Virus record (IMG/VR): IMGVR_UViG_3300020048_000069
Strand: one strand, 5' to 3'
DNA from: an uncultured virus (IMG/VR IMGVR_UViG_3300020048_000069)
Lineage: Duplodnaviria > Heunggongvirae > Uroviricota > Caudoviricetes
DNA: 64,000 bases
This document shows positions 28,635 through 39,300 of this stretch, piece after piece. A program made the position numbers and the translations under genes. The notes under the pieces were generated by a model that saw nothing but the letters and a program-made list of their open reading frames with translations, searched no databases and had not been told where the DNA came from. Position 1 is the stretch's first letter. Each line of letters begins with the position of its first letter.

Positions 28635-30554
28635 ATGAGCACTCAAATGGAAAAGCAAATTTGGTCACGACAGAAACAGAGTGTCGTGCAGGGGTTTATT
28701 GATGAAAGAAAGAAACTTGTTTCGGCGGTGGCCGGGAGAGGTTTTCTTTTGGCTCCGGGGTTTCTTTATGAGTTTGAGACTGGACTTGAGATTGATACCA
28801 AGCAAAAACTGTCTGAGGTAAGTTTTAAGATTCTGTCTGATGCTATTGATCGAGATTTGAAACAGGCTGGGCTTGATTATAACTATGCGTATAAAGATGC
28901 TGCAATGGCCTGGGAACTTGAGAAGCAAGGTGTATTGATTGCTTGGGATCAAGAACTTGCCATGATTAAGAAAAGTTGGCAAGATCGTGAAGAAGTTCTT
29001 AACCAAATGGCGATTGAGGTGTCACTCAGAGGTGCTGCACTTATTGATGCAAAGACTGCTATTGAGTTGGATGCAGAGGCGTTGAGAGCTGAATTGGCTG
29101 GACTTGAAGATGATACAGCGGATTATGAGGTTCAACTTGTTCGACAAAAGATTGTCACAGCGAATAAAAAACTTGAAGTTATCCCTATTCTTCAGCAGAT
29201 TCTTGCAGTTGAACAAAATATAATTGCCAAAGAGCAACTGATTGTTGCAAAAGAACAGCAGATTGCTGGACAGGAAACTGTAAAGATTGGTGTAATTACT
29301 ACACTCGTTGGTAAAGAAACAGAAGTTGCTGTTAAAAAACAAAATGTATTACTTCCTGAAATGCAAATTGAAGTTGCTGCAAATGAACGATTAAATGTTG
29401 CTATTGAAGCAGAGACGGCATTTGAGAGACTAATAATGACAGAGAAAGTTACCTCTGCCGAGTTGATGGTTGATAAAGCTGAAAAACAAGTTCTTATAGT
29501 TAAAAAAGAAATTGAGATTGAGGGTAAGCAGATTGAGATAGCTGGTATTGCAGTTCAAAAGAGCGAAAAACAAGTAGAGTTATTTGACAAAGAGATTGAG
29601 TTAGAAGGACGAGGTATTACTGTTGCAGACATCAATGTTCAAAAGAGTGAGAAGCAGGTAACGCTTCTTGAAAAAGATGCTGATCTTGAAATTAAGAAGA
29701 TTGAAAGTGCTGAGATTGGTATTGAGAAAGTTGATAAGCAAATTGAATTAAGCAATAAAGAAATAGAAGTCGAGGGTAAGCAGATTGATTTGGCCGAAGT
29801 TTCTATCTTGGAAGTGGATAAGAAAATTGAGCTGCTTAACAAAACGATTGAAGTTGAAGGTAAGCAACTTGAAATAGCGGATATTGCAGTACAAAAGAAT
29901 GTGAAGCAAGTTGAAATTACTGGTATTGAAATTGAAGGAATGGGGAAACAGATTCAACTTGCTCAGATTGGTGTCGATAAGTCTAAAAAGCAAACTGAAC
30001 TTGTTTTGAAAGATATTGACTACGAAGTAAAAAGACTTGAGTTAATGGATGTTGCAGTTGAAAAGTCAGAACAAAATGTTCTTATTGCTGAGGAAGAAGT
30101 TAATCTTGAACAAGAAAGAATCAATCTTGCAGAAGTTGCTGTTGATAAAGCAGAAAAAAGAAATGAGTTGACAGAGCAAGAGATTCTTACTTCTGATGAA
30201 AGCATAAAACACATTGGTATTAAAACTAAAATAACTGAACAGCAAAGTGCAAATGCACTGCTTGTTGCTAATACTTCACAGACGAGTATGACGGCATTGG
30301 ACGCAGCGCAAACCGCCGCTAATGCGAGTGTCATGGAAAAAGAAAGGGAAGTAAGAAGTGATGTGAGTAATAAAACGAGCGCTTTGTCTTTAGATAAAAT
30401 AGAACAAGAACTTACATCAACAACTACCTCTTCGACAGCGCATGTAGATAGTTCAATTAATATCGCACAGATTAAGGCTTATGGAATCACAGGAGAAGCA
30501 GATATAAATGCTGCAAAGACTTTAACCGCAGAACTCGTTCATTTGATAGGATAG
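28635..30554 (+). CDS. Coiled-coil protein with 28-aa repeats
   Basis: KQV.L..KEIE.EGKQI.IA.I.V.KSE units; AAAGGA RBS. Confidence 0.8.
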   Translation: MSTQMEKQIWSRQKQSVVQGFIDERKKLVSAVAGRGFLLAPGFLYEFETGLEIDTKQKLSEVSFKILSDAIDRDLKQAGLDYNYAYKDAAMAWELEKQGVLIAWDQELAMIKKSWQDREEVLNQMAIEVSLRGAALIDAKTAIELDAEALRAELAGLEDDTADYEVQLVRQKIVTANKKLEVIPILQQILAVEQNIIAKEQLIVAKEQQIAGQETVKIGVITTLVGKETEVAVKKQNVLLPEMQIEVAANERLNVAIEAETAFERLIMTEKVTSAELMVDKAEKQVLIVKKEIEIEGKQIEIAGIAVQKSEKQVELFDKEIELEGRGITVADINVQKSEKQVTLLEKDADLEIKKIESAEIGIEKVDKQIELSNKEIEVEGKQIDLAEVSILEVDKKIELLNKTIEVEGKQLEIADIAVQKNVKQVEITGIEIEGMGKQIQLAQIGVDKSKKQTELVLKDIDYEVKRLELMDVAVEKSEQNVLIAEEEVNLEQERINLAEVAVDKAEKRNELTEQEILTSDESIKHIGIKTKITEQQSANALLVANTSQTSMTALDAAQTAANASVMEKEREVRSDVSNKTSALSLDKIEQELTSTTTSSTAHVDSSINIAQIKAYGITGEADINAAKTLTAELVHLIG

Positions 30555-30558
30555 AGCT

Positions 30559-32424
30559 ATGGGACTTCAAGCATTTGATAATTCAAGAAGCAGGGAAACA
30601 GCTATTTGGGTGCCGTTTCAGTATTACGGTTCTTATAGTGTTTTTCAAGATGATGAACGTAGGATTATCTTTGGACTATATTCAAACAGTTATTTGAATA
30701 ACGATACTTATCTATCCGGTGTAGAATCAATTTCATTAAGTCAAATGCTTGATGATTACAATTCTAAAATAGCAGAGCTTGACGTTGAGTCTCAAAAGCT
30801 TGTTATGGATATACTGGCGAAAAGATATATCACGAATCTTGAAACACTGATTCACGATGAAAAAATGCTGACGAAACTGCAAGGCATTAATGCTGATGAC
30901 GCTATGTGGGACGCGAAATTCGGAGCGTTAGAAGCTGACCGCGCCGCGCTGGAAACACTGCGGGTTAAGATTAATGCTGAGATAAAACGCATTGCTGCAA
31001 AGATTGAAGAACTACAAGCATATATCGAGATCGAAAAAGCTCAACTTGCACTTGTTGACATTGAGATCGCTGAAAAAGAAATTGCTAAGGCCAGTAAAGA
31101 CCTTGAGTTAGTAACCAAAGAAGTGCAGATGTCCAGGAAAGAGATTGAACTTCTTCAAGTGGCGAATGAGATTGCTCAGGTTCAATTAAAGATTGTTGAG
31201 GCCGGGCTTGAACTTGTTAATGTTGACTTGCAGGTTGCAAAAACAAAGAACCAAGTCGCACAGATTGAAAATCAAATTTCCAAAGCTGAATTGGTAGAAG
31301 GCGAACTTACAATTGCCAAAGCTCATGTCACAGCGGAACGAGCAGATTTATCAACTTATGGCGCTAAACTTGATTTAGCTGAGCAAAAGTTAGTAGTGAA
31401 AGAATCTGAGGTAGAAGTTGAACAGTCTGAACTTAAACTGTTTACGTCTAAACTTGCAATGGCCGATCAAAGGATTGAAGTTAAAGACAGTGAAATTGAA
31501 GTGATGAGGGCCGAACTTTCTACTTACGATATCAAGATTGATATAGCAGAACAACGGATAGAAATTAAGGGTAAAGAAATAGAAGCTGAACGAAAAGAAC
31601 TTGAATTATTCACGTCTAAACTTGAAATGGCCGGCAGAAGAATTGAAATTAAAAATAAAGAGATAGAAGCCGCCAATAAAGAACTTGCAACTTATGATAC
31701 CAAAATTGATGCTGAAACAGTTCGTGGTGAAATCAAAGATAAAGAGATTGAAGTCGAACAATCTGAACTTGACTTAATGGATTCAAAGATTGACATCGCA
31801 AACCAAAAACTTGAAGTTCAAGATAGTGAGATTGAAGCAGTGACAGAAGAACTTGGAACTTTCGATACAAAGATTGCTCTTGAGGATAGTAAGATAGAAT
31901 CTCTTGGAAAACAAATTACTGTTGAGAAATCGGAAGTCGATATTCTTAAATCAAAAGTGACTTTGATAAAAGCAAAAGTTGAGGTTGCTCAGGCTGAAGT
32001 AAGAGCTGATGAAGCAGCACTCGCCTTATTCGATAATCAAATTGCTCTTGAAGAGTCAAAGACAACTGCGGCTGAGGAAGAAACTACTGCTTTGAATACT
32101 GCTCTTGCAAATGACGCAAAAATTAATACTGCTAAGGCAACTGAGGAAAGTACAAGAGATACTATGCGTTTAAATGATCTTGCGCATAGAACAGAAATGA
32201 CATTGTTTAATCTTGAAGATCGTCAAGTTGCAATTGATTTACAGCAGGCGATATGGGATGCTCAGGTTCCTACTCTTACGCAAATTGACGAGCAAAGAGT
32301 ACGGCCTACTTATGCAGACGCGACAAGTCAGAGTATAATAATTCAAGCCGGGCTTACCGCAGCAGCGACAATCGCTGGGGCCAAGATAGCCTCTGAATTA
32401 ACACACACTATCAGGGCAGCGTAA
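30559..32424 (+). CDS. Coiled-coil protein with 28-aa repeats (probable paralogue of the upstream gene)
   Basis: EL..(F/Y)..K...A..R.E.K..EIE units; similar C-terminus. Confidence 0.8.
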   Translation: MGLQAFDNSRSRETAIWVPFQYYGSYSVFQDDERRIIFGLYSNSYLNNDTYLSGVESISLSQMLDDYNSKIAELDVESQKLVMDILAKRYITNLETLIHDEKMLTKLQGINADDAMWDAKFGALEADRAALETLRVKINAEIKRIAAKIEELQAYIEIEKAQLALVDIEIAEKEIAKASKDLELVTKEVQMSRKEIELLQVANEIAQVQLKIVEAGLELVNVDLQVAKTKNQVAQIENQISKAELVEGELTIAKAHVTAERADLSTYGAKLDLAEQKLVVKESEVEVEQSELKLFTSKLAMADQRIEVKDSEIEVMRAELSTYDIKIDIAEQRIEIKGKEIEAERKELELFTSKLEMAGRRIEIKNKEIEAANKELATYDTKIDAETVRGEIKDKEIEVEQSELDLMDSKIDIANQKLEVQDSEIEAVTEELGTFDTKIALEDSKIESLGKQITVEKSEVDILKSKVTLIKAKVEVAQAEVRADEAALALFDNQIALEESKTTAAEEETTALNTALANDAKINTAKATEESTRDTMRLNDLAHRTEMTLFNLEDRQVAIDLQQAIWDAQVPTLTQIDEQRVRPTYADATSQSIIIQAGLTAAATIAGAKIASELTHTIRAA

Positions 32425-33824
32425 TGAGTGCAGAACGTCAAATAGTTGAAGGAGTTATTAATTCGCTGAAGGGTATTGGTGGAACTGGGCAACTTCTTGC
32501 TAAGGCTTCTGAACGTCTTTTGAAATTAATGATTGAACCAGGAGACTACGTGTTCGGCGGGAAGTCTCCTGTAAAGATGACCGTTCCACTTGCACATGAT
32601 CTTTGGTACTTAAACAACGCCGTTAATTTAGTCCATCACATTGACCCCGCGACTGATTCAGAAGTTTATGTTTCAGAAAATTTGAAATTTTTAGAAGATA
32701 AACTTAATGGCTTAAAGCCAATGAAGGCTGTGACCAAAGAAACACTTATTAACTACGGGAAAGAAACAGGCGAATTGCAAGACCCTCCTACGGTAGATTC
32801 AAGCAATTGGACACCAGAAGAAGGTTATCCAGATAAACCTTTACCTGAACCTGATATGGACTTGGAAAGACTTCATAAATATGTTGCATCTTTAGTCGCA
32901 TGGGCCAAAGCGTGTAAAGACATAAAGGCCGCAAGTTTAACTAAGTTTAGAGACTTTAAAGATTCTTGGGCAAACGAAGGCGCTTATTTCATTCAAGTAA
33001 TGCCTTACGAATTAGGACAAGAAGGAACAGCTTTTGATTATGACAGCAATGTACCAGGTGGAGCAAACAAAGATGATTACTGTGGATGTCTCATGTTCCC
33101 AGTCGGACAGCTCGGAATCATGGAAGTTGTTTCAATGTTTCAAGAAACTGAACTTGAAGTTGACGGTTTCTCTCTTGAAGAGACTGAAAGACCAGTTATC
33201 CTCGATGACCCGCAAATGTTTCCTCCTATGGAACACGCCGGCGAAGGATGGAGTTTTGGAAAGTATCTTGTTGAAAGGGGATATTTGGTACCTGAAGATG
33301 TTAAAAGCCAAGTTGAACTCATGTCAACAGTTGTCATTTCAAAAGCCGATTACACTCAAGATGTTAAGCCGAAAAGCTGGACTAAATGGTGGATCAAGAA
33401 AGAAGATAAACTGCCAGTTCCGGGAGAGTTCATCGGGATACTTATTAAACCGCTCTCAGTCCCCCCACATGTTTGGTGGTTTCAGGAATCTACCCCGCTC
33501 CTCTATGCAGGCAACTGGGTGGAAACGGAGAACTTAACAAGTGGCGTAATAACACAGGTGACTCTTGAAGCGAATAGAACCGATGGAGGGGTTGGTAATG
33601 AATACTGGGTTAAGATCAATGGTATTGAGTGCATTGCTTATGCTTCTGATTTTAAACTTTATGCGGTTGATGAGCGGGTAGCGGTTTTAAAACGCTGGAC
33701 AACGAGTGAGAAATCTGTTAGATCATTTACGTGGAAAGATCAACGGGATGGCCAGCATCCTGTAAAAAACGAAGTAACGCAAGAATTCATGATAATGCCT
33801 ATCACGTTTTACAAGGAATCCTGA
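32424..33824 (+). CDS. Hypothetical virion-region protein
   Basis: 466-aa ORF coupled to the upstream gene (TAATG). Confidence 0.8.
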   Translation: MSAERQIVEGVINSLKGIGGTGQLLAKASERLLKLMIEPGDYVFGGKSPVKMTVPLAHDLWYLNNAVNLVHHIDPATDSEVYVSENLKFLEDKLNGLKPMKAVTKETLINYGKETGELQDPPTVDSSNWTPEEGYPDKPLPEPDMDLERLHKYVASLVAWAKACKDIKAASLTKFRDFKDSWANEGAYFIQVMPYELGQEGTAFDYDSNVPGGANKDDYCGCLMFPVGQLGIMEVVSMFQETELEVDGFSLEETERPVILDDPQMFPPMEHAGEGWSFGKYLVERGYLVPEDVKSQVELMSTVVISKADYTQDVKPKSWTKWWIKKEDKLPVPGEFIGILIKPLSVPPHVWWFQESTPLLYAGNWVETENLTSGVITQVTLEANRTDGGVGNEYWVKINGIECIAYASDFKLYAVDERVAVLKRWTTSEKSVRSFTWKDQRDGQHPVKNEVTQEFMIMPITFYKES

Positions 33825-33826
33825 CA

Positions 33827-33925
33827 ATGGTTGATACAATACTTTTAAATATTTTTATACCTTGTACGACTATCGTAGGTCTTATTGCTATATTTTTAAT
33901 ACTCAGCAAGACTGTGAAAAAATGA
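33827..33925 (+). CDS. 32-aa single-transmembrane peptide (MVDTILLNIFIPCTTIVGLIAIFLILSKTVKK)
   Basis: AAGGA RBS; hydrophobic core and basic tail. Confidence 0.4.
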   Translation: MVDTILLNIFIPCTTIVGLIAIFLILSKTVKK

Positions 33926-33989
33926 ATTCATCAGTAATATCGCTATTTTTTTTACATCTGACAGCTCTCGTTAATCGTAAAAAGGAATC

Positions 33990-34319
33990 ATGACAATGCC
34001 TACACCTCTTTCATTAGCTGAGCAAGAACGCCTCGACGCTATCAAAAGAAAACAGCAGTTAGAAAGACTTTATCAAAAATATGGTGCTGATAAAACAGAG
34101 ACTCCTGTCGAGCCAGCGAAACCAGATACCCCTTGGTATAAGCGCGCTGCAAATGCTGTAACTGGTGGTTTAGAACAGATGGGTAGTTCCTCACAGCAAG
34201 CAGAGGCATCAATGACAAATGAACCTGTCAAGAAAAAGAAAAAGAAACTCAGCGATGAAGACGCACTGAAACTTAATACTCAGGGTGGGCAGATTGAATA
34301 TTTGAATCAGGAATCGTAA
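33990..34319 (+). CDS. Hypothetical protein, possible internal virion protein
   Basis: AAAGGA RBS; charged low-complexity sequence. Confidence 0.7.
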   Translation: MTMPTPLSLAEQERLDAIKRKQQLERLYQKYGADKTETPVEPAKPDTPWYKRAANAVTGGLEQMGSSSQQAEASMTNEPVKKKKKKLSDEDALKLNTQGGQIEYLNQES

Positions 34320-34331
34320 AGGATACCAATT

Positions 34332-36254
34332 ATGGGCTTAAATCTTGAAGATATTGTCAATAAAAGTATGAAGATGGCAGAAGCCACTCAAAAAGCTCGT
34401 GGCATTGATAACTTTGGTTCGATTGGATTCAAGTATCAACAGGAACGCGCATATAATGACGCTGAACGCAATAAGCGATGGGGCCAAATAGACGAAGAGC
34501 AAAAACGAAAAGATTTGTTGTCTAATGCCGAAAAAGAACGTGAGAAATCATTTACTCTTGCGGATATGCAAAATAAACGTGAGGAAGGCGTTAACCAGCG
34601 ATACTTTGACGTTGCACGGATAAGACGTGGCGATCCATTAAATCCAGAAGGTGACTTTTCTGGCAATGCAGTGCCGGGTGTTGGCGGCGGTGGTGGAAGT
34701 CGGACTGGTTCGAGAGGTTCGGGTGGCAAAGCAGAAATGTCTCCTGCGGAAAGAAAATTTGACGCATTTGTTAAATCTAATTCTAACAATGGGCTTACAA
34801 TGGATCAAATAAATTCTGCGCATGATTCAGCTTACGCAACCAAGCCAAATGCAGAAGGCGTTAAAGCATTTACTGGTGAAAACAGCACTGCTCCTGAAGC
34901 TTCTCGTTTTCCAAGATATGACGGAAAACCTTATACCCCAATATCTGAACCGATTGCGCAAGGAATTGGTTCTACGGTTGCAGCTCAAAACATACCACAA
35001 AGATCAGGGTTGTCTGCGTCACCGAGTTTATCTGTTCAGGGTTCTCCACAGCTTTCTGATGTTGAAGAGCGCAATAGGATCAGAACTGAAAGACAGGCAA
35101 GAACCGGTTATGTCCCAACTCCTAACGGGCCTGGGTATGGGTATTACAAAGGTGAAGACCTGCCTCCAGTTGGTAGTTACATGAATGGCCGCAATGGTTT
35201 AACGGAAGTCACACCAGCGTTACAGGAGCAACTCAGAACTGGTACGGCCGGTACTGTATCTCAGGGGCAATATCCAGGCGTTAAGCCGGGGGTGACGGCG
35301 CAAGGTGTTCAGAATGTGGCACCAACAAGATCATTGCCAGAACAAGGACAACCATCTTCATCTCAAGGTATGCAATTCAATCGTCTTGTACCGGGGATGC
35401 AAGGGGAACGAGTTGCAGAATTTATCCGGCCTGATGGCATATCTTTCTTCACCAATAATGAATCCATGATTCAAGGCGCAACCGCACCTAAAAATTTATC
35501 TGCAAGCGAAAAACAAGCAGTTGTTGATTCGGAACAAATGTCAAGAGAGAGCAATCGTAAATCTACCGATGTTGATAAAGTCAAATTGGCTCCATTGAGT
35601 GAACAGGATCAAAAGATAAAAAGCGATAATGTTCAGAATGTCCAGAAGGATAATGGATTACTTCAAAGATATACCGATGCTTATAACGAATTTTCAAATA
35701 CTCCGATTGGTTTTGGGATGGGTCTTCAAGGCATTAACCAGTTTGCGCAAGGCGCGATTGGACTTAACGATAAGATCACACAGGGAGTGGTTCAACCAGC
35801 GATTGACTATTTAACTACTCCAATGAATCGTAACCAAAACAGCATATCTGATGGTATATCTAACATAGCAAAGAATGTTGCGCCATATCTTACTGACAAT
35901 TCGATTAAGAACGGTATGTCTAACATAGCAAAGAATGTTGCGCCTGGGATAGGATTAACTGATGGATTAATAAAGTCGCAAGTGCCTTTATCTCAACAGG
36001 AAGAAAGGCAAGCAGTTCTGGGTGATTCTGAGAGACGTGTCAGAGAAGAACGTCTTAAAGATAGACAAAATCGCAGAACAGTAACCAGTCCGAGCGCCAT
36101 TGTTTATCCAACAGAGACATCTTCACCAAGTGCTATTACAGTTGAACCACAAAGACAGCCTATTAATTTAGCACAAATGGGTGATTCTGAGAGACGTGTC
36201 AGAGAAGAGCAAGGTAAGAAAAGAAAAAAACGTCGATCACCGGACAATGAATAA
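34332..36254 (+). CDS. Putative ejection/internal virion protein, largely disordered
   Basis: Q/G/S/P-rich; internal duplications SNIAKNVAP x2 and GDSERRVREE x2; precedes the giant protein. Confidence 0.7.
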   Translation: MGLNLEDIVNKSMKMAEATQKARGIDNFGSIGFKYQQERAYNDAERNKRWGQIDEEQKRKDLLSNAEKEREKSFTLADMQNKREEGVNQRYFDVARIRRGDPLNPEGDFSGNAVPGVGGGGGSRTGSRGSGGKAEMSPAERKFDAFVKSNSNNGLTMDQINSAHDSAYATKPNAEGVKAFTGENSTAPEASRFPRYDGKPYTPISEPIAQGIGSTVAAQNIPQRSGLSASPSLSVQGSPQLSDVEERNRIRTERQARTGYVPTPNGPGYGYYKGEDLPPVGSYMNGRNGLTEVTPALQEQLRTGTAGTVSQGQYPGVKPGVTAQGVQNVAPTRSLPEQGQPSSSQGMQFNRLVPGMQGERVAEFIRPDGISFFTNNESMIQGATAPKNLSASEKQAVVDSEQMSRESNRKSTDVDKVKLAPLSEQDQKIKSDNVQNVQKDNGLLQRYTDAYNEFSNTPIGFGMGLQGINQFAQGAIGLNDKITQGVVQPAIDYLTTPMNRNQNSISDGISNIAKNVAPYLTDNSIKNGMSNIAKNVAPGIGLTDGLIKSQVPLSQQEERQAVLGDSERRVREERLKDRQNRRTVTSPSAIVYPTETSSPSAITVEPQRQPINLAQMGDSERRVREEQGKKRKKRRSPDNE

Positions 36255-36319
36255 ACATTTGAATAACTTGTTATATTTAAACATTAGCTCTAATAATTAT
36301 CCCAATAGGATTTACGATC

Positions 36320-39300
36320 ATGGCTTTTGATCTGAATGGTTTCTATAATCAATACAAAGATTATTATGGTGATGTTCCTCTTGAGAATGTTGCTAAAGAT
36401 GCTTTCTCATTATTAGATATGGGTAAAGATGTCACTTATGACGATTGGAAGAAACAAAGTGGCGTTAGTCCGATTATCGAAGAAGATAAATATCAGCGTG
36501 AATCCCAAAAAGCCAGACTGGACACACCAGGGATACTCGGAGAATTTGGAAGATCAATAGGCCGTGGTGTAACTCAAACATTACCTGGACAAATTGGTAA
36601 AGGTCTTCAATGGCTTGATCCAGATGGTGGTAATGAATTTGTCTCTAACGCCGGTAAGTCACTTGAACAGCTTGGCATTGATAATCAGAAACAGTTTCCA
36701 GGCTTAACCATGTCTGCCGAAGCTGAAAATGCCAGCAATTGGAATCCAAGAAAATGGGTGGCTCACGGTGGCGAATCTCTGGTGCAGTCCGTTGCGCCGA
36801 TGGCAATTGGTTTGGCTGCTGGAGCAGTTGGTGGGCCTGTCGCTGGATTACTTGGGGCTGGTGCTGCTGCTGCCGGAACAATCGGTAAAGTTGCTGGTGC
36901 TGCTACTGGTTTGGCTGCACTTGGTGAAATGTTTTATGGTGGTACTGCTGAGGATACTTACAGAAAAGGGATCAAGAAAGGACTTTCGCCACAAGAGGCC
37001 AAAGACCTTGCGAATATAACAGGAGGGGTTGAAGCTGGTGGTGAATTGGTTCAAGATTTAATCCCAATCCCATTTTTTAAAGGACTTGGCAAAGCTGCAA
37101 AGGGTACTATCATAAAAACGCTTACCAGCAGAGCGCCTGCTAAGGTTATGCTTGGTAATGTGTTGAAGACAATCGCTGGAGAAGAGTTGACAGAATCCAG
37201 CCAGCAAGCCGCACAAACGTATGCTGCACAAAGATATGGCGTAGCAGATCAAAGCATCATGGATAGTGTGCAAGAAGTTTGGGGGCCGACACTTGTAACA
37301 TCTCTGATATTTGGTGCTGGAGGTATTGGATACAATACGGCGCATCGTGCGAATGTTCGTAAAGCACTTACAGACCCAAATGTTGATCCTAACACCAGGT
37401 TATCCGCTATCAATGAAGTGGCTCAAGCAGCGCGTGATTCCAATAAAGAAATTGGCGATAATTTTTATGCTAAAGCTGTTGATCTTTGGATACAAGCAAA
37501 GCCAATCACCATAGATGACGATCAGTTTTATGCTCCGGCTGTGCCACCAACAACCGGGACACCACCGGGGGGTGCTGGTACTGGTGATGTTGGCACAAAC
37601 GCGATAACCATTGGCGACCTATCGGGGCCTGGGATGGGTGTTGGTGGTACGACAACAATTACGCCACCAACCGGGCCGATAACTGCGGCGCTCAGCACGG
37701 TAACAAATATCGGCATTCCAAACGAAATGCTTACACCGATGGCACCATCAACCGCCGAGCAATCAGCGCAGGTTCTTGCCGGAGCGCAGACACCGGCCAT
37801 TGATTCAGCAGGGGTATTTCAAGATGCCATTAATCGTGGTGATCTTAATGTGCCTTATGCTCCTGGAGTTAATGAAGACCAAGGGTTCGACACAGAGATA
37901 AAGCCAAGAGATATAACAGGACTTTCATTAGAAGATTTACGCAAGGCGCGTCCAGCGTTTGAAGCCAGAAACCGGCCTGACGTTCTTGTAATGATTGATG
38001 ATGAGATCGCAAAGAAGAAAAATAAAATACCTGAACCTTTGCAGAAAATTTTCGGGATCATGTGGGATGAAATCAATGCTGGTGGTGTTGAAAGCGCAAG
38101 AAATTTAAGCGAAGGTGGTAAGCCTGAACCTGTCGGCACAGCTTCTACTCATGCTCAATGGGTTCGGGATTTAAACGATGACCTGAAAAAAGAAGGTGGT
38201 TTTGGCAAAGAAGTTTTCAATACTGTCGTATCCAAGAAAATGAATGATCAGCCATTGACAGATACTCAGTCGGTAGTTTGGAAAGCATTGGAGGCTAAGG
38301 CTGGTGACTATAATAAACAGCATCCTGATACCATAGCAGACCTCGATGATGCGGCAATGCGGGAAGCCGGTTTTGAACCTTATAGAGATCCGATACCTGT
38401 CAAAGAAATGCAATACGGGGATCGGTTATTTATCAAAGGTGAGATATTTGAATTGACCGGCCATGATATGGACGGCAATTATGTAATGCAGGATGGCGAA
38501 CCTATAACGGTTCATCCTGATGGTATCGTGACTGGTGTTGAGGGAGTTGCTTATGGCGACAAGGTAAAAGAGCCGATAATATATGGATCAGAGAAAAAAG
38601 ATCAGCCGGTGGCGAATGCACCTATTGATCCAGAGGGAGCCGTTGATTTAACGAGTCCCGTTGATGTGCCTGCCGTTGCTGCACCTGTCTCAGCGCCTAT
38701 TGAACAGGCATTGCAGGAAACTGAACCACAAATCACTGGTGATGCCTCTGGGTTGAAAGCCGGAATACAGTCACCTGAAATCAGACAGCCTCCGGTGGAA
38801 CAGCCAGTGTCAACTCAAGATTTAACCAGAAAAGATATAGCCAAACAGGTAAAGGATTATCAAGGCACAGGTGGCATTACCACTGAGGCAAGGAAAAACA
38901 ATTTTACATCTGCATTCAGGGATAATGAAACTGGAAAACTTTATCCTGTTAAAGGCATTCATGATTTAAATCAGTTGCCAGACGAACTGGTAACGTATAG
39001 GCACCCAGAGGATAACGAAGTTGAAGCGGTAAAATCAAGTGTTGAACCTGGTTTTATGAAAGATGGCCAGTTTTTCACCAGAGACGAAGCAGTTAAAGAA
39101 CAACAGAAAGGGGTGATACCAGATGGCAAAAGTCAAGAAACCGAAACCCTGTTGACGTTTGAAGAAGCCAAGTCAATCGAGGAAAATATTTATTCTGAAC
39201 AGCCTGCGCCGTTAAAGAAATCCCAGCAAGGCGATATTGCGGCTATGTCTGCTTACGATAAAGCCAAGTCAGAGTGGAATAAGAGATACCGTGAAGCTGT

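Noticed and set aside
28635..32424. Calling the coiled-coil genes a tape measure protein of a long tail
   Set aside because: No tail tube, sheath or tail-assembly chaperone genes were recognised nearby, and the repeats lack typical tape-measure character.
39110..39155. GGGGTGA RBS-like site and out-of-frame MAKVKKPKPC mini-ORF inside the giant gene
   Set aside because: Only 10 codons; could easily arise by chance.
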